The translations under genes were made by a program, and so were the position numbers. A stretch of DNA of 64,000 nt from Octopus vulgaris. Its lineage: Eukaryota. Positions within the stretch are counted from its first letter, which is position 1. Each line of letters opens with the position of its first letter. The DNA lies in contig OX597818.1 of NCBI GenBank assembly GCA_951406725.2, positions 76,756,001 to 76,820,000 on the forward strand. The letters are read 5' to 3'. Below are positions 39,312 to 51,967 of the stretch, piece by piece. The notes beneath the pieces are model-generated. The model saw nothing but the letters and a program-made list of their open reading frames with translations, was not told the origin of the DNA and did no database searches.

Positions 39312-40300
39312 TATGTAAAAAGCACCATTCGAGTATGACTGATACCAGTGCTACGTGACTGGCTCCCATGCCAGTGGCACAAATACTATGTTTTTGGAGT
39401 AGTTAGCATTAGGAAGGGCATCCAGCTGTAGTAACCTTGCCATATCAGATTGGAGCCTGATGCAGCCTCCAGCTTGCCAGTCCTCAGTCAAACCGTCCAA
39501 CCCATGCCAACATGGAAAGCGGACATTAAATGACGATGATGATGATCACACACACACACACACATATGTGTGTGTATGTGTAGTGTCACAGCTGGATGTT
39601 GTAGTGTTGTGTCAACTAGACCTGTGTTTTAACACTGACACACATGTTTTACTCATCCATACATGATTCAAAGAGCATGAATAAATAGAACAGTCCTAAT
39701 CTACCAGACCTGTGATCAAAATCTGTTCCATCTGTGACCACTCCACTTTTTTTTTTTTTAAGATATTGGTGGAGTTTTGGTTATTTCTAGTTAGTCGAGT
39801 GATCACATAGGAGCTCCCTTATTTGCAGGAGGGAGGATGTAGTTGTCATAAAGGTGATGGGGATGGTGGTGGTAATGTTGATGGTTGCAGTGGTGTTGAT
39901 GATGGAGAATAAAGATGGTGTTTATTAGCTTTTATTTTTTAGTTTTCTTTTTCTCTTTATCCTATGTTTGTGAATAATACTGTTGGCTCTAGATTTTTAA
40001 CAAGCCAATAAACTGGTTCACTGCATTGTTTCTAATTAATGTTAAATGTGTTTCATATTTTCAAATAACAAATGTCTCTAAATGTAGAATAAGGATTAAG
40101 AATGTGAGAGACAGTGACCCACTAGGAATTGAACACACTTCCCCTGGTTCACACCTTAATACAATACAATGGGTTAATCACTTTATCATGCACATTATAA
40201 TGTTTATGCCCCTGCAGTCAATGACATTCTATGTGTACCCCAACATTACATTATCAACCACAGTCTATAGACTTATTAACCATAGTCTATTGATATCAGT

Positions 40301-40645
40301 GAAGGTAGCATGGCTCAATGGTTAGAACATTGGGCTCACAACCATGACATAGTGAGTTCAATTCACAGACCAAGCTGTGCATTGTGTTCTTGAGCAATAC
40401 ACTTTATTTCATGTTGCTCCAGTTCACTCAGCTGTAGAAATGAGTTGTGATGTCATGGTGCCAAGTTGTATCAGTCTTTGCTTTACCTTGGATTACATCA
40501 ATGGCATGGAGTGGGGAGGGTGGTATGTATGGGTGACTCCTGGTCTTCCATAAACAACCTTGTCCAGACTTGTGCCTTAGAAGGGAACTTTCTAGGTACA
40601 ATCTCATGGTCATTCATGACCGAAGGGGTCTGTACCCTTTACCCT
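40301..40645 (+). mobile_element. tRNA-derived SINE (family C-like head)
   Basis: gaaggtagcatggctcaatggttagaac...gagttcaattc...ttgtgttcttgagcaatacactttatttcatgttgctccagttcactcagctg. Confidence 0.7.
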
Positions 40646-41724
40646 ATAGATATTATCATCATCATCATCATTTTACATCTATTCATACTGGCATGGGTGG
40701 GCTGGATGGTTTGACAACCCTTAATGTCTCAGTTTTGGCTTGATTTCTTTGATTGGATACCTCTCCTTGTAGCACCAGCACTAAATAGGTTGCTTTGCCC
40801 TCAAATAGATTAAAAACTTCTCTCAACTCTGCCCAACTAAAGATTTCCTTTCAACCCTACTCAATCACTGCTCATAGTCACCTTTCTAACAAAGTGAAGT
40901 GAGAGAGGTCCCTGACAAGTTCAACAGAGAATTCAGTATCAATTTTCAGTCAACATCAATACACCTTCAATTATAATTAGGGAACTGCCTAACTCCCCAG
41001 ACACAATGCATGTAAAATACAGGAACTTTGTGTTTAATTTAAGCAACTTAATTATAGTAGGTTAATCAGATATGAATTCTTAAATGTTAACCTAGGTTTG
41101 TTAGGCGTCTTAAGAAACTGGTTATTACATTTCTAAAATAATTTAGTTTTACCTTTCTTTTCTTTACCAATATAATCATGGAACTAAAATTGCAATTAAT
41201 TAATTACTTAATTACCATATACCATTACTAATTAAAATTCATCATTATTAATTACAACATACTACCACTATTTAAATACAACCTATTACTACTACTACAT
41301 GTCCCGTTGTTTTGTGCCCAGAATAAGCAATATTTTGCAGCTTTCCATATTAGAACATGGTAACATTGTTCCTCAGACAATTGTTTTCTTGTGGTTCTAT
41401 GTCAAAGCACTTATGATGCTATAGTTTCTATTTTGTTAAAGTTCGTGGTGTCTCTCAGCATCTGCTTCCCAAAGACATTGCTTGTGTACTTGATATAGTG
41501 TATATATCCTCATATTCTCCAGCTGTGTTGCATGCAGATTGTCCTATGAAATTACACATTCTTTATACAGGACAAATTGTTCGTTCATAAAATGAGTTTC
41601 TTAAAACTTGGTAATCATTCAGCTGTTTTTCTGAAATGGTGGACTAGAAGAAACTGAGGTGGACAGATAGTGCCTGGAGTCTAAGTTGTTAATGTAATGG
41701 TTGTGAGAGAATGAGATAAACGCT

Positions 41725-42170
41725 GTGACAGACAGATAGACACACAGAAAGAGAGACTGACAGACAAATAGATAGAAACATACATAGATTGACAGACAGA
41801 TAGATGTAGATCTATTGGTCTATACCTACCAGAATCTGGCAAACAAATAGACAAACTGAGAGACAGTTTGATGGTTGTGCTGGGTGAGAAAAATCAAGGT
41901 AAAAGCTGGGATGGATAAAAAGAGAGAGAGAGACAAATGTTGATAAACAGAGAGATAGATATAGATCAAAACAGACACATAGATAGGCTGACAGATACAC
42001 AAATAGAAAGACAGATAGATAGGTAGGTAACTAGAGAGATGGATAGACCAGATACGCAGATAGACTGGTAGGCAGGTCTGTATTTAGTTAACTACATAGT
42101 ATTGCAGAAAGACAGGCAGGTAGATACATACATAGGCTGATAAACAGAGACACAGATAAACAGACAGGTA
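41725..42170. repeat. Degenerate (AGAC/AGAT)n tract
   Basis: Read directly from the sequence. Confidence 0.85.
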
Positions 42171-42293
42171 GCTCTTGAAAAATAAGCATTTTCAGTGTTA
42201 CAGTAGGTTAACTAACTGCTTTTAATGATTGTATTGAGAAATATATATGTATAGTTGTGTGTGTGTGGGTGTGAGTTTGCATGTAAGTATATG

Positions 42294-42326
<33 letters not shown>

Positions 42327-42595
42327 ATACACATGTGCACATACACACACACAGACATATTTGTATATATGTCTGTGTGTGTGTACACCTATATACATAT
42401 GCAGAAATCTAATGAGACACGCAAACAGAATGGTGATACATATTTTGGTCCTAATGTCTTTAATGATAGTGTTGAGAAATGTATGTGTGTACATACATTC
42501 ATATATATAGAGAGAGGAAGAGAGAGAGGTTGCAAACCAAACCAGAATGTTGCAGGCTGACAGATTTCACAAAAATTACAATCATCATTATATTA

Positions 42596-43890
42596 AGGCA
42601 GTGAGCTTGCAGAATCATTAGCTCATTGGACAAAATGCTGATTGGCATTTCTTCCAGCTTCATTTTCTAAGTCCAAGTCCTACCAAAGTCAACTTTACCT
42701 TTTATCCCTTCAGAGACAATAGAATAAGTGCCAGTTAAGCACTGAGATCAATGTAGTCAGCTTCCCCTCACATGCACGCACGCACACAAACACACACAAA
42801 TTTACTGGCATTGTGCCAAAATATGAGACAATTAACTTACACCTTCCCCTCAGAATTTCTGGTGTTGTAATATAATTATTATTATTATTGTTGTTGTTGT
42901 TGTCATCATCATCATCATCAATAATTTGGCAAACTGGCAGAATCATTAGCATGCTGGGGAAAATGCTTAGCAGCATTTCATCTATCTTTACATTCATCCT
43001 TTCAGGGTCGATAAAATAAATACCAGTTGAACACCAGGTATCAATGTAATCGACTTACCCCACCACCAAACCTGCTGGCCTTGTGCCAAAATTTGAAACC
43101 ATTATTATTATTATTATTACTTAAGGCAGTGAACTGACAGAATTGTTAGCATATCAGGCAAAATACTTAGAGGCATTTTGTCCATCTTTACGTTCTGAGT
43201 TAAAACTCTGCCTAGGTCAACTTTACCTTTCATCCTTTCAGGGTCAGTAAATTAAGTACCAGTTGAATACTGGGGTTGATGTAATCAACTTAACCTCCTC
43301 CCCAAAAGTTCAGGCCTTGTACCTATTGTAGAAAGGATTATTATTATTATTTAATTATAAGGTAGTGATCTGGCAGAATCCTTAGCACATCAGAAAATAT
43401 GTTTGCAGCATTTGTTTCTGCTCTTTATATTCTCAGTTCAAATCTGGCCATGGTCAACTTATGCTTTTCATCCCACTGGAGTTGATAAAATCAAATACTG
43501 GTCAAGTTCTGGGGTCAGTGCATTCAATTGATCCCTTCTCTTCAAAACTACTGGTCTTGTACCAAAATCAGAAATTATCATTATTATTTAATTAATATAT
43601 GTAATTATTTAATTATAAAACACCATCATTAATGACAATAAATCATACGATATATATCAGTTTTATTTAATCATGGTAAGGTAGCAAACTGGCAGATATG
43701 TTAGTAAGCTTGGCAAAATACTTAGCGGCATTTCATTCATCTCAATGTTCTGAGTTCAAATACTGCCATGGTTGACTTAGCCTTTCATCCTTTTGAGGTC
43801 AATAAGATAAGTATAAGTTGAATGCTGGGGTCAATATAATCAACTTACCCCTCCTCCAAAATTGTTGGGATTGTGCCAAAATTTGAAACC
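42596..43890 (+). mobile_element. Cluster of about five head-to-tail SINE family B copies
   Basis: Copies start near 42596, 42925, 43124, 43360 and 43680, and most end in (ATT)n-type tracts. Confidence 0.8.
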
Positions 43891-44039
43891 AGATGTAGCT
43901 GTGTGATTAAGAATGTGGACTTGAATTCAATCGCACTGTGTGTCACCATTGGCAAGTATCTTCTGCTTATAGCCCAGGCTGACCAAAGCTTTGTGAGTGA
44001 ATTTGGTAGACATGAACTAGAAAAACACCCCATCATATA

Positions 44040-44203
44040 CAAGGGGTTGCTGAAAGTCCCTATCTTTGAGTAAATGAAAATACACAATTATTGCAGTAGT
44101 CCTTTATTTTTTTCTAAGCCCTGTAAAAGAACTCGAAAGGGTGGGCCTCCATCCAGACCTTTCATGATACCCTTAAAACCAGGAACTTTTCAGCGCCCCC
44201 TCA
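44040..44203. mobile_element. Mariner-type MITE copy 1
   Basis: TIRs caaggggttgctgaaagtccct / aggaacttttcagcgccccctca with TA flanks. Confidence 0.7.
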
Positions 44204-44209
44204 TATGTG

Positions 44210-44265
<56 letters not shown>

Positions 44266-44312
44266 GTGTTTGTGTGTGTATGTATGTATATCTGTGTATA
44301 TACATACACACA

Positions 44313-44517
44313 CAAGGGGGTGCTGAAAAGCTCCTGGCTTTGGATAAAAGAGAATATAGGTGTATCAGTAAATTATGTAAATTCACACACTTATTGCAGC
44401 AGTCCTTTGTTTTTTGGGGGTTTTTTTCTAAGTTCTGTAAAAGAACTCAGAAGTTTAGGCCTCCAAACAGGCTTTTCACAATACCCTTCAAGCCAGGAAC
44501 TTTTCAGCACCCCTTCA
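44313..44517. mobile_element. Mariner-type MITE copy 2
   Basis: TIRs ggggtgctgaaaagctcctggctt / aagccaggaacttttcagcacccc; the interior is homologous to copy 1. Confidence 0.75.
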
Positions 44518-45859
44518 TATATGTGTGTGTTCCTATCTTGACATCATGTGGAGCTATAAGTCAGAATCATTGTCATAGAAGCAACATTGTTTTCTTCCAA
44601 TGTTTCATGGAAAACGTATCTGGCCATGGGGAAATATTACTTTAGTTGGAAACAGGTGAGGATTGACAACAGGAAAGATATCCAGCCGTAGAAAAATTTG
44701 CCTCAGTGAATTCCATTTCACCTATGCAAGTATAGAAAAGTGGATGCTAAAACGGTGATGTCAATGATGATTATAATGATGATAATTGTCATCATGATCA
44801 TTATTTAATTACAATATGCCATGATATTATTGTCATTGTACATAATGAGTTTAACATGGAATTGAGGCTTCTATATCTTGCCTTTTTCTGTCTTCAGACA
44901 TTTGGTATTTACCATAAATTCTTAACACACTACGACACACACACACAAATATACACACACACAGATGTCTGTATACCATTTTTCATTTTTATTGTCTGAG
45001 TGTTTGTTTATTACCTCCATTACTCCCATACAACAAATAACCTGCTCCCTATATAAACACATCCGTTAAATGTATAAACTCAGACTAGTCTTACAAGCAA
45101 GATTCAGTTCAAAAGTAGCTTTTTTTTTTTCTAATTGTTCTCAAGAGACATGAAAGAGCTTTATAGTGAGGCAATTGTCTTGCTGCTCAAGAGTGTGAGC
45201 ATGTGTATGTGTGTGAGAAAGCATCTGTGTGTGTGTGTTATTGTGTGCACTGTTTACAGTTCCTTCATTGTTGTATCTGAAGAATCTCTTTCAGTCTATG
45301 GTTCCCCTGGCTTGTAGCACCACACACACACAGTAGTACTAGTGAGACTCCATATGTGGATCATATGTGGTGGTTGTTGGATGACAACAAACAACACACA
45401 CACACACACACAACAGTGTGCAGTGAATAGACTGAAATACAGAAATACTATCAGATGCTAAACTCTTTTATTAGATAAGGGTATAAGGGTATTAGTGAAG
45501 TGTGTGGGGAGAGGAGGACTGGATTTACTTAGATCAGAGAATGGTGGGGGCGCCAGTGGAGTGACACATTCATAACTGAGTACTTATGTGTATACGTGTG
45601 TACACATTATATATATAAAGACAGACAGATAAATAAACTTGCATGCACATATATGGTTTCAATTCCTGGATGTTGTGGTGCATTGTGCTTCAACTCGCAT
45701 TGCTCTAGTCTAATCACCTGAAAGTGAGTACCAGCCCGGTGCTGGTGCTCTCTTACCCTCCAACTATCATATCTTGGATGTTCCACTGGGTCAAACGTGA
45801 GAGGGCTGAGATGGTGTCTATGCCAGCTACATAGGTACATGAGACAATGTGAAAATATG

Positions 45860-46568
45860 GTTCCAGGTTCAGTCCCACTGCATAGCACCTTGGACAAGTG
45901 TCTAATAGCCTCAGGCCAACCAAAGCCTTGTGAGTGCATTTGATTGATGGAAACTAAAAGAAGCTTGTCACATCATCATCATCGTTTAACATCCGTTCTC
46001 CATGCTAGCATGGGTTGGACAGTTCGACCGGGGATCTGGGAAGGCAGAAGGCTGCAGTCTTATCTGGCAGTGTTTCTACAGCTGGATGCCCTTCCTAACG
46101 CCAACCACTCCGTGAGTGTAGTGGGTGCTTTTTACGTGCCACTTGCACAGGTGCCAGGCGAGGCTGGCAACGGCCACGGTCGGATTGGTGCATTTTACAT
46201 GCCACCGGCACGGAAGCCAGTCGAGGCGGCACTGGCATCGGCCACGATTCGGATGGTGCTTTTTACGTGCCACCGTAAAAAGCACGGTGGCACATGCTTT
46301 TTACATATATATATATATATATTTGCATGTGTGTATCTATGTGTATGTATCTGTGTGTTTTGTGTGTGTTTGTCCTCCACACAACTTGACAACTGGTGTT
46401 GGTGTGTTTACATCCCTGTAGCTTTGCAGTTTGGCAAAAGAGACTGATAGAATAAGTACTAGGCTTTAGAAAATAAAAAATAAGTCCTGGGGTTGATTTG
46501 TTTGGCTTAAATCTTTCAAGGCAGTGCCCCAGCATGGCTGCAGTCAAATGACTGAAACAAGTAAAATA
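45860..46568 (+). mobile_element. SINE family A interrupted by an RTE 3' tail
   Basis: The SINE head runs to about 45965, an RTE tail on the - strand occupies about 45970-46304, and the SINE 3' half resumes after the TA/GT tract. Confidence 0.75.
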
Positions 46569-46587
46569 TAAAATACGCTATATCTAT

Positions 46588-46950
46588 TGTTTCAATTATT
46601 GGACTGTGGCCATGCTGGAATATTAACATGAAGGGTTTTAGTTAAATGAATCAACCCCAAGATTTACTTTTAAACCCTGGTACTTATTCTGTCAGGCTCT
46701 TTTGCTGAATTATGGGAGATGTAAACAAACTAATGTTGGTTGTCAAGCGATGATGGGGGACAAACACAAGCACAATGACACACATATATGATAGACTTCT
46801 TTCAGTTTCTATCTACCAAATCCACCCATAAGACTTCAATCAACCCAGGGTTATAGCAGGAGACATTCGCTTAAAGTGCCACGCAGTGGGACTGAACCCG
46901 TAACTATGTGATTGGGGAGCAAACTTATTACCACACAGTCACACCTATAC
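46588..46950 (-). mobile_element. SINE family A
   Basis: Reverse-complement copy, tail-to-tail with 45860-46568. Confidence 0.78.
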
Positions 46951-47199
46951 CTAGTAGAGATAAATAATGTTTTTATTTTGGTCTGGGGTTTTAAGCAACT
47001 AATTTGGCTGAGTAAGTTGTCAGGTGAAACCTAAATGTCCCAGTCATAACAAATTTTACAATGAATTTGACTCTACTTTTTTGTTATCTCCCCACTCAAT
47101 AGATGTTCTATTATTTTAAAAATTATCTAAGAATAATAACTTTAAATAAACATTGGCACGCACACACACACACACAAATATGTAGGCATATATATCTAT

Positions 47200-47410
47200 A
47201 TTCTTTTATTCATTTCAGTCATTAGACTACAGCCATACTGGAGCACTGCCTTTAGTTGAACAAATCAACTCCAGAACTTATTCTTTGTAAGCCTAGTACT
47301 TGTTCTATCAGTCTCTTTTGCTGAACTGCTAGGTTACAGGGACATAAACACACCATCGGTTGTCAAGCAATGGTGGGGGGACAAACACAGACACACAAAC
47401 ATACATACAT

Positions 47411-47452
<42 letters not shown>

Positions 47453-47615
47453 GACAGGCTTCTTTTAGTTTCTGTCTACCAGATCCACTCACAAAGCTTT
47501 GGTAAGCCTGAGGCTATAGTAGAAGACACTTGCCCAAGTTGCCACATAGTAGGACTGAACCCGGAACCATGTGGTTGGAAAGCAAGCTACTTAACACACA
47601 GCCATTCCTGTGCCT
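47200..47615 (-). mobile_element. SINE family A
   Basis: Reverse complement of the 62392 element over its full length. Confidence 0.85.
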
Positions 47616-47634
47616 ATATATATTCATAGAGTGA

Positions 47635-47789
47635 TAGCTGCGTGATAAGAAGCTTGCTCCCCAAACACGATTTCAGGTTCAGCCCCACTGCATTGCAACT
47701 TGGGTCTTCTACTCTAGCCTTGGGCCAACCAAAACTTTGTGAGTGGATTTGGTCGACAGAGACTAAAAGAAGTTCATTGTGTGTGTGTG

Positions 47790-47822
<33 letters not shown>

Positions 47823-48022
47823 ATCATTGTGCCTGTGTTTGCCCTCCCCCCACCACTTGATACTTGGTGTTGGTGAGTTTATGTCTCCTATAACTTAGCT
47901 GTTCAGCAAGAAGAGACCAATAGGCTTAACAAGAAATAAGTACTGGAGTTGATTCGTTTGACTAAAAGTTCTTCAAGGTGGTGCCGCAGCACGGCCATAG
48001 TCTAATGATTGAAACAAGTAAA
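47635..48022 (+). mobile_element. SINE family A
   Basis: Same head, body and tail as 62392; lies head-to-head with 47200-47615. Confidence 0.8.
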
Positions 48023-48829
48023 ACACGATAATTGTTACTTAATAATATTAAACTACCATGATCCATTTACTGAGGTAGCTGTTTTGTTTAAAAACCTTTT
48101 ATCTGGATTTATAAACCTATCTATTGATATACTCAACATCATTTTAATGTCACCTACATTTCTGTATTTGTATGAGTCAGATGGAATTTGTTGAGGTAGA
48201 TTTTTTCCATGGTCAGATGCCCATCCTGTCTTCAGCTTGCACCTCTTTCCAAGCAAGGTAACATTTTTGCCTGTAGCCAGACATGTTTTCATAGATTGGA
48301 AACGAGCATCAGTGCTTGTGAGAGCTGATGCTCATTAATAAATATATCACTATGTCAAGGCAAGGAGACAGCTGTCTATTTGAACATGCACATACATATA
48401 CATAAAAAGCATCCAGTCCACACTGTAAAGTGGTTGGCATTTGGAAAGGCATCCAGCTATAAAAATCAGGTCAAAACTAACCTCATCTGTGCTTGTGCCA
48501 CGTAAAAAGCACTGAGTCCATTCTGCAGAGTGGTTGATGTTAGGAAGGGCATCCATCCATAAAAAAACCTTACCAAAACAGACACAATTGCATAGGGTAA
48601 TTTTTCTACCTGGCCAGCTCCTATGAACTATCCTACCATGCATGCATAGGAGATGGATGATAAACAAGGCATAAATATAAGACAAGGCATCAATGATGGT
48701 CATTACATATTTCCTTATTATAATATATTTCACTTAGATCTGTTTTCAGTAGTCATTATAGATTTGTTATTGATTGGTTTACTGAATCAGTCCATTGATC
48801 AGTTGAGAAAAGTTATATATATATATATT

Positions 48830-48998
48830 ATGTAGATAGGGTTTTAATTCAAGCTGTGTCTCCTTGAAGCATATTTGCTTATTCTAGTACTCCAAAATTT
48901 TATGTAGGTGTTATATTTGCGTGAGGTATGCATAAGAGTTGAAAAATACTAGAAGATATTTTTTGCAGAGTAATTACATATTGAAACAGGAGATTGGA
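48830..48998 (+). repeat. Unclassified dispersed repeat (second copy 60436-60610)
   Basis: Both copies share tgtagataggg...aagctg...actccaaa...tgaggtat.cataagagttgaaaa...gcagagtaatta.atat..aaacagga...ggaaaaaa. Confidence 0.7.
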
Positions 48999-49080
48999 AA
49001 AAAATTTTGGTATTATCTATATTACCAAATTTTTTCCAATCTCCTGTTTATGTACATGTGTGCGTGTGTGTGTGTGTATA

Positions 49081-50248
49081 TATCATCATCGTTTAACATC
49101 CATTTTACATGCTGGCATTGGTTGGACAGTTCGACTGGGGTCTGGGAAGCCAGGAGACTGCACCAGGCTACAGTCTGATCTGGCAGTGTTTCTACAGCTG
49201 GTTACCCTTCTTAACGTCAACCACTCTGAGAGTGTAGTGGGTGCTTTTTTACGTGCCACTGGCACAGGGGCCAGAAGGGGCTGGCATCAACCACGATCAG
49301 ATGGTGCTTTTTATATGCCACCAGCACAGAAGCCAGTCAAAGCAGCACTGGCATGAGCCACATTCAGATGGTGCTTTTTACATGCCACCAGCAGGAGGAG
49401 TACTACTACAATTTCCATTTGAATGTGATTTGCTTTGATTTTGATGTACTTAACTCAGTAGGTCTCCTTAAGCATGGCATGTCACCCTACTATCCAAGGA
49501 ACTTTTGAGAGGGCTGGTTATGCAACACTGGTGTGGGTTACAGTTGCGAGCTCACTTTATTTGCCAGGTCTTCTCAGTCACAGCATACTTCTAGAAGTCT
49601 CCGTCTTGTCATTGGCTCTGTGAGGCCCAACATTTGAAGGTCATGCTTTACCACCTCACCCCAAGTCTTCCTGGCTCTCCATCTACCCCGGATTCCTTCC
49701 ACTGTTTAAGAGTGGCACTTCTTCACACAGCTCTCCTCATCCATCCGTAGTACATGACCATACCAACGCAAATGTCTCTCTTCCACACCTCATTTGATGC
49801 TTCTTATGTCCAAGATTTCTCTCAGGGCGCTTACACTCTGTTGTGTGTGCACACTGACATTACACATCCAGCAGATCATGCTAGCTTCATTTCTTTCAAG
49901 CCTACGCATGTCTTCAGCAGTCACAACCCATGTTTCACTGCTGTGAAGCATGGCAGTTTGCACACATGCATTGTACAATCTACCTTTCACTCTGAGTGAG
50001 AGGTCATTTGTCACCAGTAGGGGTAGAAGCTTTCTGAAATTTGCCCAGGCTATTCTTATTCTAGTGGTAACACTCTCTGAGTATCCACCCCCACTACAGA
50101 CTTGGTCACCTAGATAGCGGAAGCTATCAACTACTTCTAGTTTCTCCCCGCTGGCATGTGATGGAATCTGTTTTCTGAGCATCTGTGATGTTTATTGCCC
50201 CTGTGCATCTACAGCACATGAAAACTATCTTCCCAGTTAATCTTCCTT
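49081..50248 (-). mobile_element. RTE-clade LINE 3' portion including 3' UTR and (GAT)n tail
   Basis: Reads LEVVDSFRYLGD...RIRIAW...LHSSETW...RWYGHVLRMDE. The UTR has gtggcacgtaaaaagcacc subrepeats and ends in gttaaacgatgatgat. Confidence 0.9.
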
Positions 50249-50262
50249 TATGTATATATATG

Positions 50263-50293
<31 letters not shown>

Positions 50294-51505
50294 ATGTGAC
50301 TGGTTTCTTTCAGTTTCCTTCTACAAAATCCACTCACAAGGCTTTGATCATCTCAGGGCTATAGTAGAAGATACTTTCCTAAGGTGTCATGCAGTGAGAC
50401 TGATCCTGAAACCATGTGATTGGGAAGCAAACTTCTTAACCACACAGTCACACCTGTGCATGCACACACACGCACAATCATTTACTTGTGTATATATAAT
50501 ATGCATATTTAATGGTTTGTCAATGTATATTTTCATGTGTTTCATATAAGTATAACTGTACTAGTGTATGCACATGTGTTTATGTTTGATAGCTTTCATG
50601 CTGTCATCATCATCATCATCGCCACCACCATCACCTTGTAACTCTTCTATGCTTGCTTGGGTTGGATCTACATTCTCCATCACAATGCTTCACTGATTCG
50701 TTGCACTCCTTTGTCATCCTTTCAGCCTGTTAAGATCTACCTTCACCACTTCTACCCACTTCTTCCTCTTCCATATGATCTTTCCACTTCATTCATTCAA
50801 CACTTCTTCCTTCATCTGTCATTATCCATATGTATCGCATATCTATAAACAGCAAAGTCTTCCTACTTGCACACTGTTTTTTCATTCCTCTTACGCCCAT
50901 TCATTTCTATGCATGTGTGTGTATATAATTACATTTACACATAACTTAGCTGTTGCTTGCAAGTGCGTATGACCTGGCAGCTTATAACACATTTTGTCCT
51001 ATTGTTTTAGGTTCCTATATAGCGGCAAGGAGACAACATTGACACCCTCTTGGCCCTTCCACCCTTGAACCTGTGGAATATGATAGTTATGACAGCTGGA
51101 AGGAGAAAAGGTTACACTGGCACTCAGCTGGTACTCATTTACAAACTGTGTAGATTGGAGCAATGTCAGATGGAGTGCTTTGCTCTTCGTCTAACACTCT
51201 TCTCAGTCCAGGAATTGAACTCATGGTTTTATTTATAATCATGAATCTAACACCTTGGAATTATACAAAGAAGCAAAGAAGATTAATTTGACACCTACAG
51301 AAGGATGAAGCACAAATTCATGAATATTATATTTATGTGCACCCATTCATGAAATAATGCACAAGCACATGAATACATTAATGCTGAAGTATGTGTGTGT
51401 GTGTGTACAAACACATGCTCTACATAGAAGAGTAGAACTGAGGTAGACCTCTATTTTGGGGGATATTTTCTGATAATGAGATTGATACACACACACACCT
51501 TTTGA

Positions 51506-51967
<462 letters not shown>

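Noticed and set aside
45040-45560. Possible internal promoter or alternative first exon (TATAAA near 45052)
   Set aside because: A TATA-like word in AT-rich DNA is not evidence by itself, and I have no transcript support.
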